Assembly (NCBI RefSeq): GCF_009914755.1
Contig: NC_060947.1
DNA from: the human T2T-CHM13v2.0 reference genome, Homo sapiens
DNA length: 64,000 nt
Direction: 5' to 3' (one strand)
Under the pieces are notes generated by a model that searched no databases, had not been told where the DNA came from, and saw only the letters and a program-made list of their open reading frames with translations. This document shows, one piece after another, positions 11,235 through 24,467 of the stretch (within the stretch, counting starts at the first letter, position 1; each line of letters opens with the position of its first letter). A program made the translations under genes and the position numbers.

Positions 11235-13260
11235 TGGATATGAATGCCTTTTTATTTCTTTTTCTTGCCTGATTGCCTTGGCTAGAACCTATAAGCACAA
11301 TGTTTATTAGAAATGGTGAGGGTGGACATTATTGTCTTGTTCTTAATCTTAGAAGAAACATATTCATTTCATCATTTCTTAAAATATGAAATGCTATACT
11401 TTATTTTTCCAGAAAGTATATCTAAGAATATCTGTGAAGAGTAATTTAGAGAGAAAGATTCTTCTAGGTTTCCTTAAAACTCTTCAGTACATGCTATCCA
11501 TAAGTAGTGACATTTTTATAATTTTTATTTTTTCAGTCTTTCACCATTAAGTATGATGTTAGCTGTAGCCTTTTTAGTAAATTTTTAAAATCAGGTTGAG
11601 GAAGTTCCCTTCCATTTCCAGTTTTCTGGAAGTTTTTTTTTTTTTTAAATCAGGAATAGATGTTGGATTTTTTTCAAATACTTTTTCTTTATTTATTGAA
11701 ATAATATTTTTAAGTCTATTAATATGGTCAATGACATTGACTGATACTTGAATTTTGAATATGTCATGAAGTCCTAAATGGTTGTGATATATTATGCTTC
11801 TTACATGTTGGTGCATTCAGTTTTCTAAAATTGTGAGCAATATTGATCTTCGGTTCTCTTCATGTGTAATTTCTCTGTCTGGTTTTGGTATAGTAATGCT
11901 GACTTCATAGAATGATGTGAAATATTTGCTTACCTTCTCTTTTCTAGAATAATTTGTGTAGAATTGGTATAGTTTCTTCCTAAAACATTTGCTGAAATTT
12001 ACCATTGAAGCCATCTGCCCCTGAAATTCAATTTGTGGGAAGGATTCTAACTACAAAATCTGTTTATTAAATACAGTGATATTTAGGTTGTCTATGTCTT
12101 CTTTAATTACTTTTGATATTGTCTTTCAAGGAATTTTCCCATTGTCAACTAAGTTGTCAAATTTATTGGCATACAGTTGTATTTAATATGCATTTATGCC
12201 ATTTTACAATTCATCAAATTTACAGTGATGTCTACTCTCTCATTCCTAACTTTCATAATTTATACCCTTACTCTTGTCTTCTTGATAACTTTGGCTAGAG
12301 ATTTATCAATTTTATATATCTTCTCAAAAAATTGGTTTTACTTGCAATGACTTTTTTTCTATTCATTTTCTGTCTTATACTTTATTTATTTTCATTTTGA
12401 TTTTTGTTATTTTCTTTCTTATAATTACTTTGGGCTTATTAACTCTTCTAGTTTTTAAGTTGGAAGATGGGTCATTGACTTGAGACCTTTATTGTTTCAT
12501 CAGCTAGGCATTTAATGCTACAAACTTTCCTCTAAGAACTGCTTTAACTTCTTGGATGTGCGGGTTTATAATTTTCATCAAATTTACAAAAATTAAGTTT
12601 CTTAAAGCTGTTTCACTATTCAATTATATTTTTATGTCTTTCGTTTTCCCTCTGTGTTTCACTTTGAATAATGTCCATCATTATGTCTTTAGGGTCATTA
12701 ATAGTTTCTTCTGCAATGTCTAATTTCCTGTTATTCCTATTCAATGTATTTTTTTATCTCATACATATTCATCTTTTTATGTAGAAGTTCAATTTGGGAC
12801 TTTTATAATCTTCCATGTCTCTTCTTAAAATGATCAATCTGTCTTCTGGAATTTCATATATGAAATGGAAATATAACAACTGCTATAATGGCTTTGCCTG
12901 TCTTCTAATTTTATTATCTATGCTGTTTCTGAGTCTGTTTCAATTAAGGAATTTTCCTCCTAATTACAGGTAATATTTGCCTTTTGCTTTGCATACATGC
13001 TAGATATGTTTGTATTTGTGTAAGTATTTTTGATTTTTATCATGGATGCTATTAAAATACTTGAAAAAAAATCTATTTAGGCCTTGATTTCAAGGTTTTT
13101 AGCTGGACCAAAAGAACTATTGGTTTATAGCTCATTTTAACCCCAACTGGGGCAAGACATTTTTGAATACTCTATCCAACACCCCATGAATTATGAAGAT
13201 TTCTACTCTGGCTGATAGGAATGGGAGCTCTTCCTGGTCCTGTTTAGCTCCAGCAGTTAT
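11235..13260 (-). mobile_element. Old L1 (L1M) ORF2/ORF1 fragments
   Basis: Antisense ORF2 peptides (NVIDHINRLK; KLEMEGNFLNLI; FYEVSITIPKPD). Confidence 0.8.
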
Positions 13261-14497
13261 ATCTCTTTAACTCAAAAAGGTCAAGGAGCTCCACATTGCT
13301 TACTGATTATGTCTTTCCCAGGAACTATAACATAATCTATTTACTTACTTGGTTATATCATTGCCCCAAGAATTTGAAAAAACATCATTCATTCTAATTA
13401 ATGTTGACTTAGAGAATAAATGTCATGGGGAACAACTTACACAGTATGTTCAAACAAAAGTGATTTACCACTACTGCCAAATGGCAAGAGCAAGACTAGA
13501 AAACCTGAGGTCTTGCCATTGCCAGTGTTTGATTTTATTTCCTCCACTAATACCCAGCCATAGCTGGAAAGGACCACTGTATTTTTATATCAAGCATTTC
13601 TAGAATGTAAAGGACTGGTATTTCCTGGCTAGTATGGGCTCTCTGGCCAGGAACACAGAAGATCAAAAAGTGACATTAAAGCCATATGGTTAGACATTAA
13701 GAACCTGTTGGAATTTTCTAGGCAGTGAGTGAGGTTTTCTCAATGTTCTTCATCAATACACTAGTTACTAAGGTTCACAAGAATCCTATGGAGAACATTC
13801 TGTCAAAGCTGACACCTTGGATAGTGTGACTTCCAACAGATGGGAATAGTACTGGGCTCATATATTGGCTATTGCATTTCCTGGTTTTAACTATATCACT
13901 GAATACATTAGGTTACTTGCATAAAGCTATACAGAAATGAAGAAAAACAGAAAACTAGCAAATTTCTGGCAACATATTTAGTTATAAATTGAGATTTCAA
14001 TAGAGTTTTCAAGCCAATTTCTATTTTCAGATGTACAAACTTAGTCAATGGGTATTATATTCATCACTGCTGACAAGAACAAGAAACTCTCACTGCTCAT
14101 GGTCTCACTTCATGTGACACAATGTTAATAGGCATGAGAGGAGCACTGCCCAGAGAGAGGGCAGACCCACTAGGGTTTATGGTCCAGTCAGAGTCCTTAC
14201 ATGGAAACTTATGGTAAGAGGAAAAAAAAACTCAGAATTAAACAATATGGATAGTTCATTGTTTATATTTGTTTCAGCAAAATTCTGAATGATACAAGTG
14301 AACAAATTATGAAATATTCATTGTTATTTCAAAATGTATATACTTAATTAGAATGGAGTATTTTGCTAAGTGAACTGATCCATCACGATACATTTTCTCA
14401 ACTTATAAAAAATAATTTTTTAATTGAACTTGGCTTCCCTGTTTATTTCATTTAATATTCCTTTGATATTTTTGGAGAAAGTTCCTTTAGGAGCTAG

Positions 14498-15189
14498 TGA
14501 AACTACCTTTGCAAACATTATGTCAGTGAGAAAATGACAGTAGTAGGGGAGATATGATCTATCCCAACCCCCTCTTGCCTTTAGTTTCCAAGCTGCCTTA
14601 ATTATCCCTGGGCTTAGGCAGAGCTAACTTCGGGAGACATTTAGGTATAGTGTAAACAATAATAGCCCTACTGCAAAACTCAACCACTTTTATAAAGCTT
14701 AGGAGAGACCACGAGGCCAGGGGGAGGAGAGGAGCCTGAATTCTGCTAAGGTGTAGACATAAACAATTACCAGTCATTATTCTGGAAATCCTGCAGATAA
14801 CACCACGAATGTAGATTGACCTTTTGAGATATCTTTTCAAGTTTTTTGCATGTTTGACACCCATGACTCCACCTGGACCCACCAATCTATGGCTCCTATG
14901 ACCTCACTGGGAAGCAACTCAGTGCAAGAGGACAGCTTCAACTCCCCATGATTTCATCTCTGACCCAACCAATCAGGTGCAAGCACTTATTACCTGGCCA
15001 CACCCACCCATTCTCCAAACTGCCTTTGAAAAACCGCTAACCTATGGAGCCTTCATGGAGATTGATTTGAGTGATCATTCCATCTCCCACGTAGCATGGT
15101 GGACCTCACGTCAATTAAACTCTTTCTTTATTGCAATGCTGTGCTCTTTATTTGTGCAGTGGGCAGGAAGAACCCATGAAGCAGTTACA
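14498..15189 (+). mobile_element. LTR8B-like solo LTR (ERV1)
   Basis: tgaaactacctttgcaaacattatgtcagtgagaaaatgacag ... gggcaggaagaacccatgaagcagttaca. 4-bp TSD CTAG (14494-14497 / 15190-15193). Confidence 0.85.
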
Positions 15190-15579
15190 CTAGGATATTT
15201 GGGTATTATTCCACAGTCAAAGAAATCCCTGTTCAAGCTTTTTTTTCTATCATTTACTAGCAGTGTGAGTTTGGGTCTCAGTTCATTTATCTGTAATGTG
15301 GTGATGAAAATAATATCTCACTCATAAGCCTAATTACATTGTGGCTCTAAACTGGTATTATTTTAGTGCTAATTGATCCATTCATCACCCTCCCGCATGG
15401 AACTGTGTTGCACACAAAATTACTTTAAATATTTTACCTTTCTTGACTCAAGGCACTGAGTTACTGGTGAACACTGTGTTTTCTTCATACATTGTATACT
15501 TTCACTATTGTAAATGTTTGTACAGTATCATGATTTGTTTCAGTCTTTAAATCAGAGATATTTTACTTTTAATAATTAA

Positions 15580-16030
15580 TCAATGAAAATTCTTTAAAAA
15601 CATGTCTGTTGAGCACTGATAACCATTATAGGCACAGGAGACAAGGATAGATGAGGGAGATGTTATGTTTCAGCCAAAGGGTCTTACAATTTACTGGGAG
15701 AGTTGGGAATGCATGAGGCAAGCAGGAGTGCAAAGGAGGGAGACTAAGTCCTTGGGGGAGGAGTATTCAGAAAATTTTTCACAGAGAAGGTGAGGTTGTT
15801 GCTGAGTATAGAAGTTCCAGACCATCAGGAAGACAAAGATAAAGGGTATTTCTGGCAGAGAGAATTGCATTTATAAAATTATATTGTTATACAAAGCCAT
15901 GGAGTTTTGAATGAATTGAAACTACGATGGTATTTGTATAGCAAAATATATGTGATGGCAAGTTGGAAAGTTGAGACAAGAGAAGTTAGGCCAAATCACT
16001 GTCTTGAGTACATAGTAAATGCATTCTCCT
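15580..16030 (-). mobile_element. L2 remnant
   Basis: Antisense L2 motifs: tgttgagcact, ggcacaggaga, cttacaatttactggg, cacagagaaggtga, ttctggcagagagaattgcat. Confidence 0.55.
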
Positions 16031-16649
16031 TTATCAAGTATTAACAGTAAGAACAATAATTATTCATGGCATCAGACTCAGTATTCAAGGGCAGAAGCAT
16101 GACAGCATGAAAGAGAAAAATAAGATACAATGAGAACCTAGTTTGTACCCATTTTAAGGCTAAAGGGTTTTTAAATATAATCATATTGAATTCACATATA
16201 ATAACATAGCAGAATATATGGTGAATTCCATTCCCATCTACCCTGCCACAGGCTAAGTCCCATGCAGAGGTTCTTGGAGAAACACTTTTGAAACAGAGAA
16301 CTGTAACTGTAGGCTGCTGTGCTCCTGCAGCTGTAACTGCTGAGTGAGCTAAGAATACCAATTCTTCTGGTATAGAAGAGCTAGTATCAAGTGAATATAC
16401 CAAAATTTATATACATGCAGAGATTGGCATTGGGTAAATGATATAACCTCTCTAGATATAGTTCCATTTTAAAATATGAAGGAATGGACCAGGTGATGTC
16501 CGGTATCACTTTCTGGGGAAAAATGTATTAATAACGCAAAAGATGGTCAATTGTACTAAAACAACAGATAAAATCAAAGGATGAGCTGACTTATTACTTT
16601 AGCACAATGAATAACCCTTAGTCTCTACCTCTATAGAGACTGGAATCAT

Positions 16650-17550
16650 AGGGATACATAAGGAATGAATAATCTAGCTGGAAACAGATAAGCAAAAAGA
16701 TAACTATAGTACCTGCTTGTCAAGATAAAAGTAGAGGGTAAGGCAAACCTCTCAGGAGAGGCCCCAAGGCATAACCAAGTGTGGAGGAAATCAATGAAGA
16801 CTTCCAAGAAGACACTTGCAGTAAGTTTCTACATAAGAAAGTGAGAAGACATTCTCTTGTCTCCCCAGCTATATTCCTATTATTATTATTCCCTATATGT
16901 CCCTGTAAGCCTAATCCCTATATAGGTCCAGATCCAAAAATGAAGGATCATTCATTTTGCTTAAGCAATAAGTGGATCCATCCTATGAGTTTCTCTGTGG
17001 TGCTAGGCACCTGTGCAGTGACAGCAGCAAGTGCAAACATTGGATGATCAGAGAATCGGGAGTATTCAGGAAACAAGAAGGTGCTGCAGAGGGCTAGAAC
17101 AAAGGGAACAAGGGGTTCTGGGGTGTAAAAAGATGAGTCTAGGACTAGCAAGTGCCAGCTCATGAAAGGTTATGTAGGTCATACTGGGAAATTGAATTTA
17201 TTCTATATGTCATGGGGTGCCATGGATGAATTTGTAAGCATAGAGATCACATGACCACATTTGTATTTTGGAAATCTCCTTTTTGAACATGAGAGAATAA
17301 ATGATGAAGGAACAGGTGATAACATATGCAGAATTTCAGATGGCAATTGATGAGAGCCAGTACTAATAACTGAGGAAGTGGAAAATAAATGTAAAGAAAA
17401 CACATTTGATTTCAAGTTTACGATTACATAGTAGAATAGTCTAGATATGGTGACTGTTTAGGTATAGGAAAGAAGGGAACAGAAAGACACAATATCCACT
17501 CCCTAGTTTCTGGTTTGATCATTGGGGAAATGGTAAGGGAATTTACTGGA
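16650..17550 (-). mobile_element. L2 remnants
   Basis: ggaaattgaatttattcta, gccatggatgaatttgtaagca, acatgaccacatttgtattttggaaatctcct. Confidence 0.5.
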
Positions 17551-18739
17551 ATAATGAATTTAGTTTAGTTTTTTTCTCCAGAATGTAAACTTTATTTTCT
17601 GTCCAAGATTAGTTCATCCATCTGTGATTTGGATTCACCGCTCTTGTCTCTTCAGGAATTTCAGCTCAATATTATTTCTTCACTGTATTCTCAACCAGTT
17701 GCCCATTTACCCTTTACTCTCAGTGTCACATATTAAAAACAAAACAAAAAAACATTTTAAAAATGCCTACTTATCTCCATGTTCCACCTATTTCCTTGGT
17801 TTTTTTAAAGAAATTCTTCCATCATTTCACACTTTTTCTTGAACAATCTACTTTATTACCATCTTCTGTTTAAGACCTTGATATAGCCCATTCAGTCTGA
17901 TGCTTGATATCAACTCTTCAGCCCTAATTCCTGTTATCTTTCCTCTTCTGTGACTCAGATTCACTCTTAGATCTTATTTGCACTCGCTTTAGCTCATCTC
18001 ATCCTCCAAATACAGAATCTGCTTCAGCACAGAGCATTTACGATACCATTTCAACCCATTATATGAGTTTCAAGCATGCATATATTTTGGCAGTCTACAT
18101 TTGCGTCTCATCTCCTACCATCACCTGAAAGCTGATGACTCCCCAATATCGAGTCTAACTAGATCTCTCTTCTGAGGATCAGACCTGTGTATCTACTTGT
18201 TTGGTGTCACCTGCATCTGAATGCCTGTACAAGAACTTCATATTACTCATGTCCAAGCTTAAACTCATAAGTGTGCATGCACACACACACACCACAAAAT
18301 ATTTTGCAAGATGCTACACATATATAAGGACATATGTGAAACACATTAGAGTGGATATACAATTAAAATAGCACAAAGTTTTCTTTTTTGATAGGATTAT
18401 TAAATCTCTAGATGAATCAGGAAATTTGGGCATATAATTAACAATTCTATTTGAAACTATATCTAATTAACTCATCAATAAAGAACTTCAACACTGCCAA
18501 AATAAAATCAGAGGTTTTTTTTTTTGAGCCATAATGGTGAAAAAAACAAAATGATAGCAATACTTCATGTAAAAAAAAAGTGTCAAGACTTAAATTAGGA
18601 TAAAATTAGTTCAACCCTTTTTCAACATGCGAGTGTTCAGATTTTTCTTCTAGAGAGATTTCAATGCAAAATAGCAGGCATATTAATTATGAAAGTATAA
18701 AATGATGTTATCAAGAAGGTGTCAGTGTGGGTTGAGTGT

Positions 18740-18990
18740 GAGTCATATAGTTAAGAGGATAGAATCATGTACTTTATAAGTAAAATGCCTATATTTGAAT
18801 CCCCAGTTTATCCGATTGTAGCTGTGTGACCTCTGACAAGTAACTTATTCACTTTACCTTAGTTTCACCATCTGTGTAATGGGTATGATTTGATACTCAC
18901 CTTCTCAGGTTGTTATAGTGATTAAATGAGTCTACATGTGTGAAGATTTTACAACAGTTTAAGTGCTATGGGATTGCTTAATATTATTAT
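18740..18990 (+). mobile_element. MIR SINE
   Basis: ttgaatcccc...tagctgtgtgacctctgacaagtaactta...agtttcaccatctgt...ggttgttatagtgattaaatgag. Confidence 0.85.
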
Positions 18991-19379
18991 TCATAAATTA
19001 TTTTTCCAATACCAACATTATATCAATTGAAATTTGTCTATTTTGAGGCACATTTCACATTTTCTATTTTGAAACTAGTTTCTGGCTTTCAATATAAGAC
19101 AGCCAGAAGATCCAGCCATTTGAACTTGGATGAAATAATCTACCTGTACAATTGTAAAGGAGATTTTTGTTTGCAAATTTCCTTGTGTATGAGTGGGAAA
19201 AAGTATGCAAACGTTTATTCACAACTTTTTGTAACTGATGGGGACACAGCTTTATATAAGTGATGTAAGCAATAATAAAGATTTCAGAAGACCTGAATAT
19301 GAGAAGAAGACTTTCCCTGACACTTCATTTACTATAAGTAAGTCACAACTTCTAAAATTTTCTACTAATTTTCTACTCT

Positions 19380-21240
19380 CACTTCTGAGTGTCCAACCTG
19401 CCAGTAACAGAGACAAACACCCAAAACGTAACATGGCATTATTGTGACACAGAGGGTAATGACCTACCAGGCAGGTCAATTATAAAAAATTTCTTACATC
19501 ACTAACGGAGCAGTGAGTTGTCCTCTTATGGATAGACACTTACTCTGAATATGGATTTGCCTTTTCTGTTCAAAATGCTTTTACTGATATCACCATCAAT
19601 GGACTTACAGAATCCCTCATTTATCATAAATAGTATCCACACATACATTATACAAATTTATTTCACAGAAAATGAAATAAATGGATTTCATCCTGTTCAT
19701 TCACTGATTTTACCATGTACCACAACATAGAATAGGCCAAACTGCAAAATAGCTTATTGAAGGTTTAGTATGATGCCTTTGGTTGACGATACTTTGTGAG
19801 TTTGGGAATCTGCACTTAAAGGCTCAGTATGTGCTCTGAAACAATGATCAATATATAGTGCCATTTGTTTTGTAGCCAGAATACACAAGGCATTGTACCA
19901 AGAGGTATTATTACCAGTCATAACACACGCATACAAATGTTGGTTCTAGTCTCAACAACTTTGGTCTTTCCTGGTGTACAGTGTTAATCCCCCCCTAAAA
20001 GAAATATTAGGTTGACGCAAACCTAATACTTCCACAAGGGCCACAAGAATCCTTCCAATAAAGATAAAGCTGAAATTAACACCTGTTCTATTTATGATTC
20101 AGGGTGCCAGTTAATAGGAAAACAAAAATATTCTACTTGCTTTGTTAATTGATCCTGATTATTAACAGACAATAGAGTGGCTGCTAGACAGTGGGATCAA
20201 TGTGGACTTGTAATAAGTATGAAAATCAAGTGATTTTCTAGAAGACTTCTGTGTAATTCTGGGTCTAATGGTGAAAGTTGATGGAAGGCATAGCAATTCA
20301 ATGAAGGCAGGAGCTGCAAGGATTTTGACACTTTAGGAATAAAGGTTTTGGTTCACATCTCTAGTTAAACAACAATGATCAAGTTAAGAGCAAGAGAAAT
20401 AGTGACTAAGTAGTGGAAGAATTAAGTTATTAATGCCAACTATTGTATTGTGACATACAGAAATCAACACTTTAGATTTAAGCATGTTTTATTCTGCTTA
20501 CTTCGTTACATATAATATATATCCACTGTGCATATATATAAAATATTATGTTTATATTCAAATATATGCTATTCCATATATGTAACAAAGAAAGAATAAT
20601 AAACCTATGTTCTCTATATTCTTTGTCTACTATGTTCTATAATTAATTGTAGATAAACTTATATCATCTTAAAATTTCAAATGATCAAAGAGTGTTTGTG
20701 ACAAGTAGAGAAGGAATAAACATCACCCATTAATGGATAAATGGATAAAGTTTGTTGGGAGGTTAGGATTTTATTTCAGGGGTAGAAAGTGACAGCTTCT
20801 TTTTTTTTTTTTTTTTTTTTTTTCTGAGACAGAGTTTCACTCAGTCGCCCAGGATTGAGTGCAGCAGCCGCGATCTCAGCTCACTGCAACCTCCACCTCC
20901 CAGGTTCAAGGGATTCTCCTGCCTCAGCCTCCTGAGTAGCTGGGATTACAGGCACACGACACCACACCCGGCTAATTTTTTGTATTTTTAGTAGAGACGG
21001 GGTTTCACTATGTTGGCCAGGCTGGTCTCGAACTCCCGACCTCGGGTGATCCACCCGCCTCGGCCTCCCAAAGTGCTGGGATTACAGGCGTGAGCCACTG
21101 TGTCCTGCCAGCATCTTCTTTACATCAGAAATAGTCACATCATGTTATGTGAAACAGGATCTATTGCTATTTTTTTCATTTGAAAGTTAAACATAGGCAA
21201 AAGAGTGTACATGTATATTGAATTGACTAAAGAGTAGCCC
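19380..21240 (+). mobile_element. ERVL internal remnant (integrase and 3' region), interrupted by Alu
   Basis: ccaacctgccagtaacagaga; ggatagacacttactctgaatatggatttgcctt; caccatcaatggacttacagaat; aattgatcctgattat. Many stops. Confidence 0.75.
20800..21109 (-). mobile_element. AluS
   Basis: Full dimer with long poly-T. Confidence 0.95.
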
Positions 21241-21720
21241 ATGCCAGATTGACTGGTTCAAATTGACATAATCCACATACTGATTTACACTTGCTTCTTC
21301 AACACAGGAGGAAGATTCAAAACTATAATTCTGAGACTCCACTGAAAACAGAATTTAGGGCAAAATTGTGTCAATAAGAAGAATCAGTATGATATTTGGA
21401 AAGTGGAAGAGAAGGTCAAGCTAGTATTCTCTAGCAGCATTATAGGCAGTCTTGAGAAACTGCAAATATGAATTTGCAGTAAACCTAAAATTAACTGCTA
21501 TTAATTACTTACTTTAGTTCAATAGGCAGCCATGACCATCATCAGTGGCTTTTCTGTGATTCCTGCATTTCCAGATCCCATGAAAACCGAAAGTGTTCTT
21601 TCAATGCCTTTTACTTCTACAGCACTTGTAGTGATTAATACTCTTAAGTCTCTATATTAAATTTCTTTCTACTTGAGATGGTTAGGGTGGCATTTGTCAT
21701 GGTAATTTCTAATGCATACA
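21241..21720 (+). mobile_element. Ancient ERVL LTR (3' LTR of the adjacent internal remnant)
   Basis: aaaactataattctgagactcc. Terminal taaatttctttctacttgagatggttagggtgg...gcataca. Confidence 0.5.
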
Positions 21721-22141
21721 GGCATGGATCTATATCTTATGCTGAGGAGAACGCATTTGGAAAGTTATTTTAAAAAGTCATCATATTAAATCAAAATTAC
21801 AATTGAAAAATTCTTAGAACAGTGACACATTAGGGAACAAAAAAAAAATACCTAAAAGGTTCAATATATAATTTTTAACCATGTGAGCATGTTGTTGCTT
21901 TATTAAACACCAGATGAAGTTAATGACTTGCTTTTAGAAGTCATATATGAAAAATGCATATCTTTAAACAATAGAATTTTACTCAACACAAATAGCTACT
22001 CACTTTAAGGAAGGTATGCCTGAACTAGGACGAGTCAACGTAACAGCATTGTTATAACAATGTTGAGCCAACTCATGTTTCTCACCTTATTTTTTCGGTA
22101 GGATGTACGCACACTGATTGAGATAGTATTTGAAATAACCT

Positions 22142-22163
22142 CCTCTCTCTCTCTCTCTCTCTC
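22142..22163. repeat. (CT)n microsatellite
   Basis: Direct reading. Confidence 0.9.
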
Positions 22164-22597
22164 ATATTAGCACCTCTCACTCTTACTTTCATTCTCTGTT
22201 TCCTAAAACCATAAAGTTGAATTTGCCAAAATGAAATGTGTGTATGATTTATGTCTATTGATTATCGTTTTGTTAATCTCCCCTCTATGCCTTTGAATTA
22301 TTTATTCCTGTTATTTCAATATGAATATATTATAACCTAGACCTTGACTAATTTAAGTTTTATCAGGAAATCTGTTGCTCAAATTATACCTTATTCTTAA
22401 GTTTAATACTTGGGATCAAGTAATAATTCAACATTGTTATAAATAAATCTTTAATAGAATTTTATATGATATAGATTTTGAGTTCACGTTTAGTAATAAA
22501 TTTTTTGGGGGAGCAGAGAGGAGCACACTAAAGTGAAAACTCTACATCACAAATATGTTTCTATTTAAGCCTTGCAGTGGAGTCCCCAATGTGGCTG

Positions 22598-23092
22598 TGT
22601 CAATACTGATCAGGTAGGGTGTCAGAAATTACCTTGCTTAAAAGCTAATAAGCTAGCCTATTACTATTTCAAAGCTAGACATTTTGGTCAGAGATAAGAA
22701 CTTTATTACTCACAGCACAATTGACAGCATAATCATCAGAATATTTATGACAGTTCTTCTGGCTCAAGTTCTACAAGGACAACACAGATGAGCCCAAAGA
22801 AACGCCTGCCTATACAGTGGGTTGCATTTCAGAGAAGCAGCTTCGAACATAGGGTATGTGAATCTTTTTTTATAATGAGCAGTAAGCATGCCTGCCCTTT
22901 GATCCAGATGAAAGCACTGTCTTTATTGTAGAGTAATATATTGTCTTTTGATCCAATGTAAAACACTACCTCTATTTTCCAAGGTTATTCACTATGCAAG
23001 CATTCCTGAAGAAATAGTAAGAAGAAAGACAATGTTTTTGCTCACGAGATATACAGACACATGAGAGTCCCTTGAAATATTGTCTCCCAACA
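22598..23092 (-). mobile_element. ERV1 solo LTR, MER89/MER90-like
   Basis: Reverse complement starts tgttgggagacaat...ctctcatgtgtctg...tctcgtgagca. Flanks ggctg / agctg. Confidence 0.65.
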
Positions 23093-23596
23093 AGCTGCCT
23101 TTGTAGTCTGAGGCCGACTGCTTCATCATGACTTGTTTTTCACTGCCTGGGAAATGAATTATCGATGTACTGTCTAATGAAATATTTTTTACTTGAAGTC
23201 TTTATATTTAATCAAAAATCTAAAAAAAAAGTGCCCCATGAATTTAAATAATGTGAACTCTCAGAAATTGTCAATAAAAAAAAAGAACAGTAGCTTTGAC
23301 ATTTACTTCCTGAATGTAAAAATCAAAATGGAGGCAACAAAAGAGTTTAGTCAAGATTCACCTTCTCCTGAGAGACAAAATCCTATTCAACTATTACCAG
23401 ATACACACAATGCCCTTCTCCTTATATCAGGGAAAATTTTTCCCCAAAGAAGGCAAGTTCTATAATGTATAGCAGAGTGATCTCTGGACAAGCCTGTGTT
23501 TCTTGGTCAATAAAAGTTGGATTGAGGAGAAATAATACCTTACCCCTACTTTGTTTATAAACAAAGTAGAAGATATGGATCCTTTTTTATCTCAGA

Positions 23597-23598
<2 letters not shown>

Positions 23599-23630
<32 letters not shown>
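23599..23630. repeat. (AC)16 microsatellite
   Basis: Perfect dinucleotide run. Confidence 0.95.
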
Positions 23631-23633
<3 letters not shown>

Positions 23634-24467
23634 GACCTACAATTACTGTGTGTCAAATACGTACATATGTGCACATGTGCATGCATATACACAAACATAC
23701 ATAAACAAAAGATAATACATTCTATTTTTTTCCATCTGATGATCAATTTGATTCAAAAATAATAATTTTGGCTCTTCTCTCCTCCTTACCATTTTATGAT
23801 TTTAGGAATGAGTAACAGTGAGGCAAGAAAGACTGTCATATCAATGGTAGAAATACACAAACATAAGGCATTGCCTACCACAAATCCATAGCAAAAGCAA
23901 GAGGTAGAATGTTTATTTCAATCCTGTGATCAGTTATAAGATCAGTTACTAGGCACCTTTCTCATTGTTGAGGATGTAACAGTAAAAATAGTAGGGTAAT
24001 ACAAGTAGAGGAAACACTCATTAGACCTGTAAAGACATTTTATAAACATGGTAACTGACAGACTGACAAAAAATAAATCATTCCAATTTCAAATTTCTTT
24101 GGTCAAGATGAATGTGGCTCATAACATGATGCAGAATGAACCAATAAAATGGCAAAACAGTTAAGTCTCTGTGTTCAGAAGGTAGTTTTGACTGGACTTG
24201 ACATTGCTCTCACACAAAGGGCACAGAACCACAGGGCATATAGGTATCATGTGGGTATAGATCCTCTTTGCTGGTCCAGCTGTGAAATTGACACTGCAAG
24301 TAGGGGCTGTGTTCTACCAACCACCTGGTATTCAAAAACATACCAATCATTTATCAACTCTTAATAGGCAACATCTATATGGATATTATTGTCCCAGACA
24401 TTATTAAGTGTGCAGCAAGAGACTCAAGCTCTGGGGTTTAAATTTCTGAGGTAATAATCAACCTCTT

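Noticed and set aside
19380-20500. Possible domesticated ERVL integrase
   Set aside because: Riddled with stops and indels. No ORF over ~60 aa on the coding strand.
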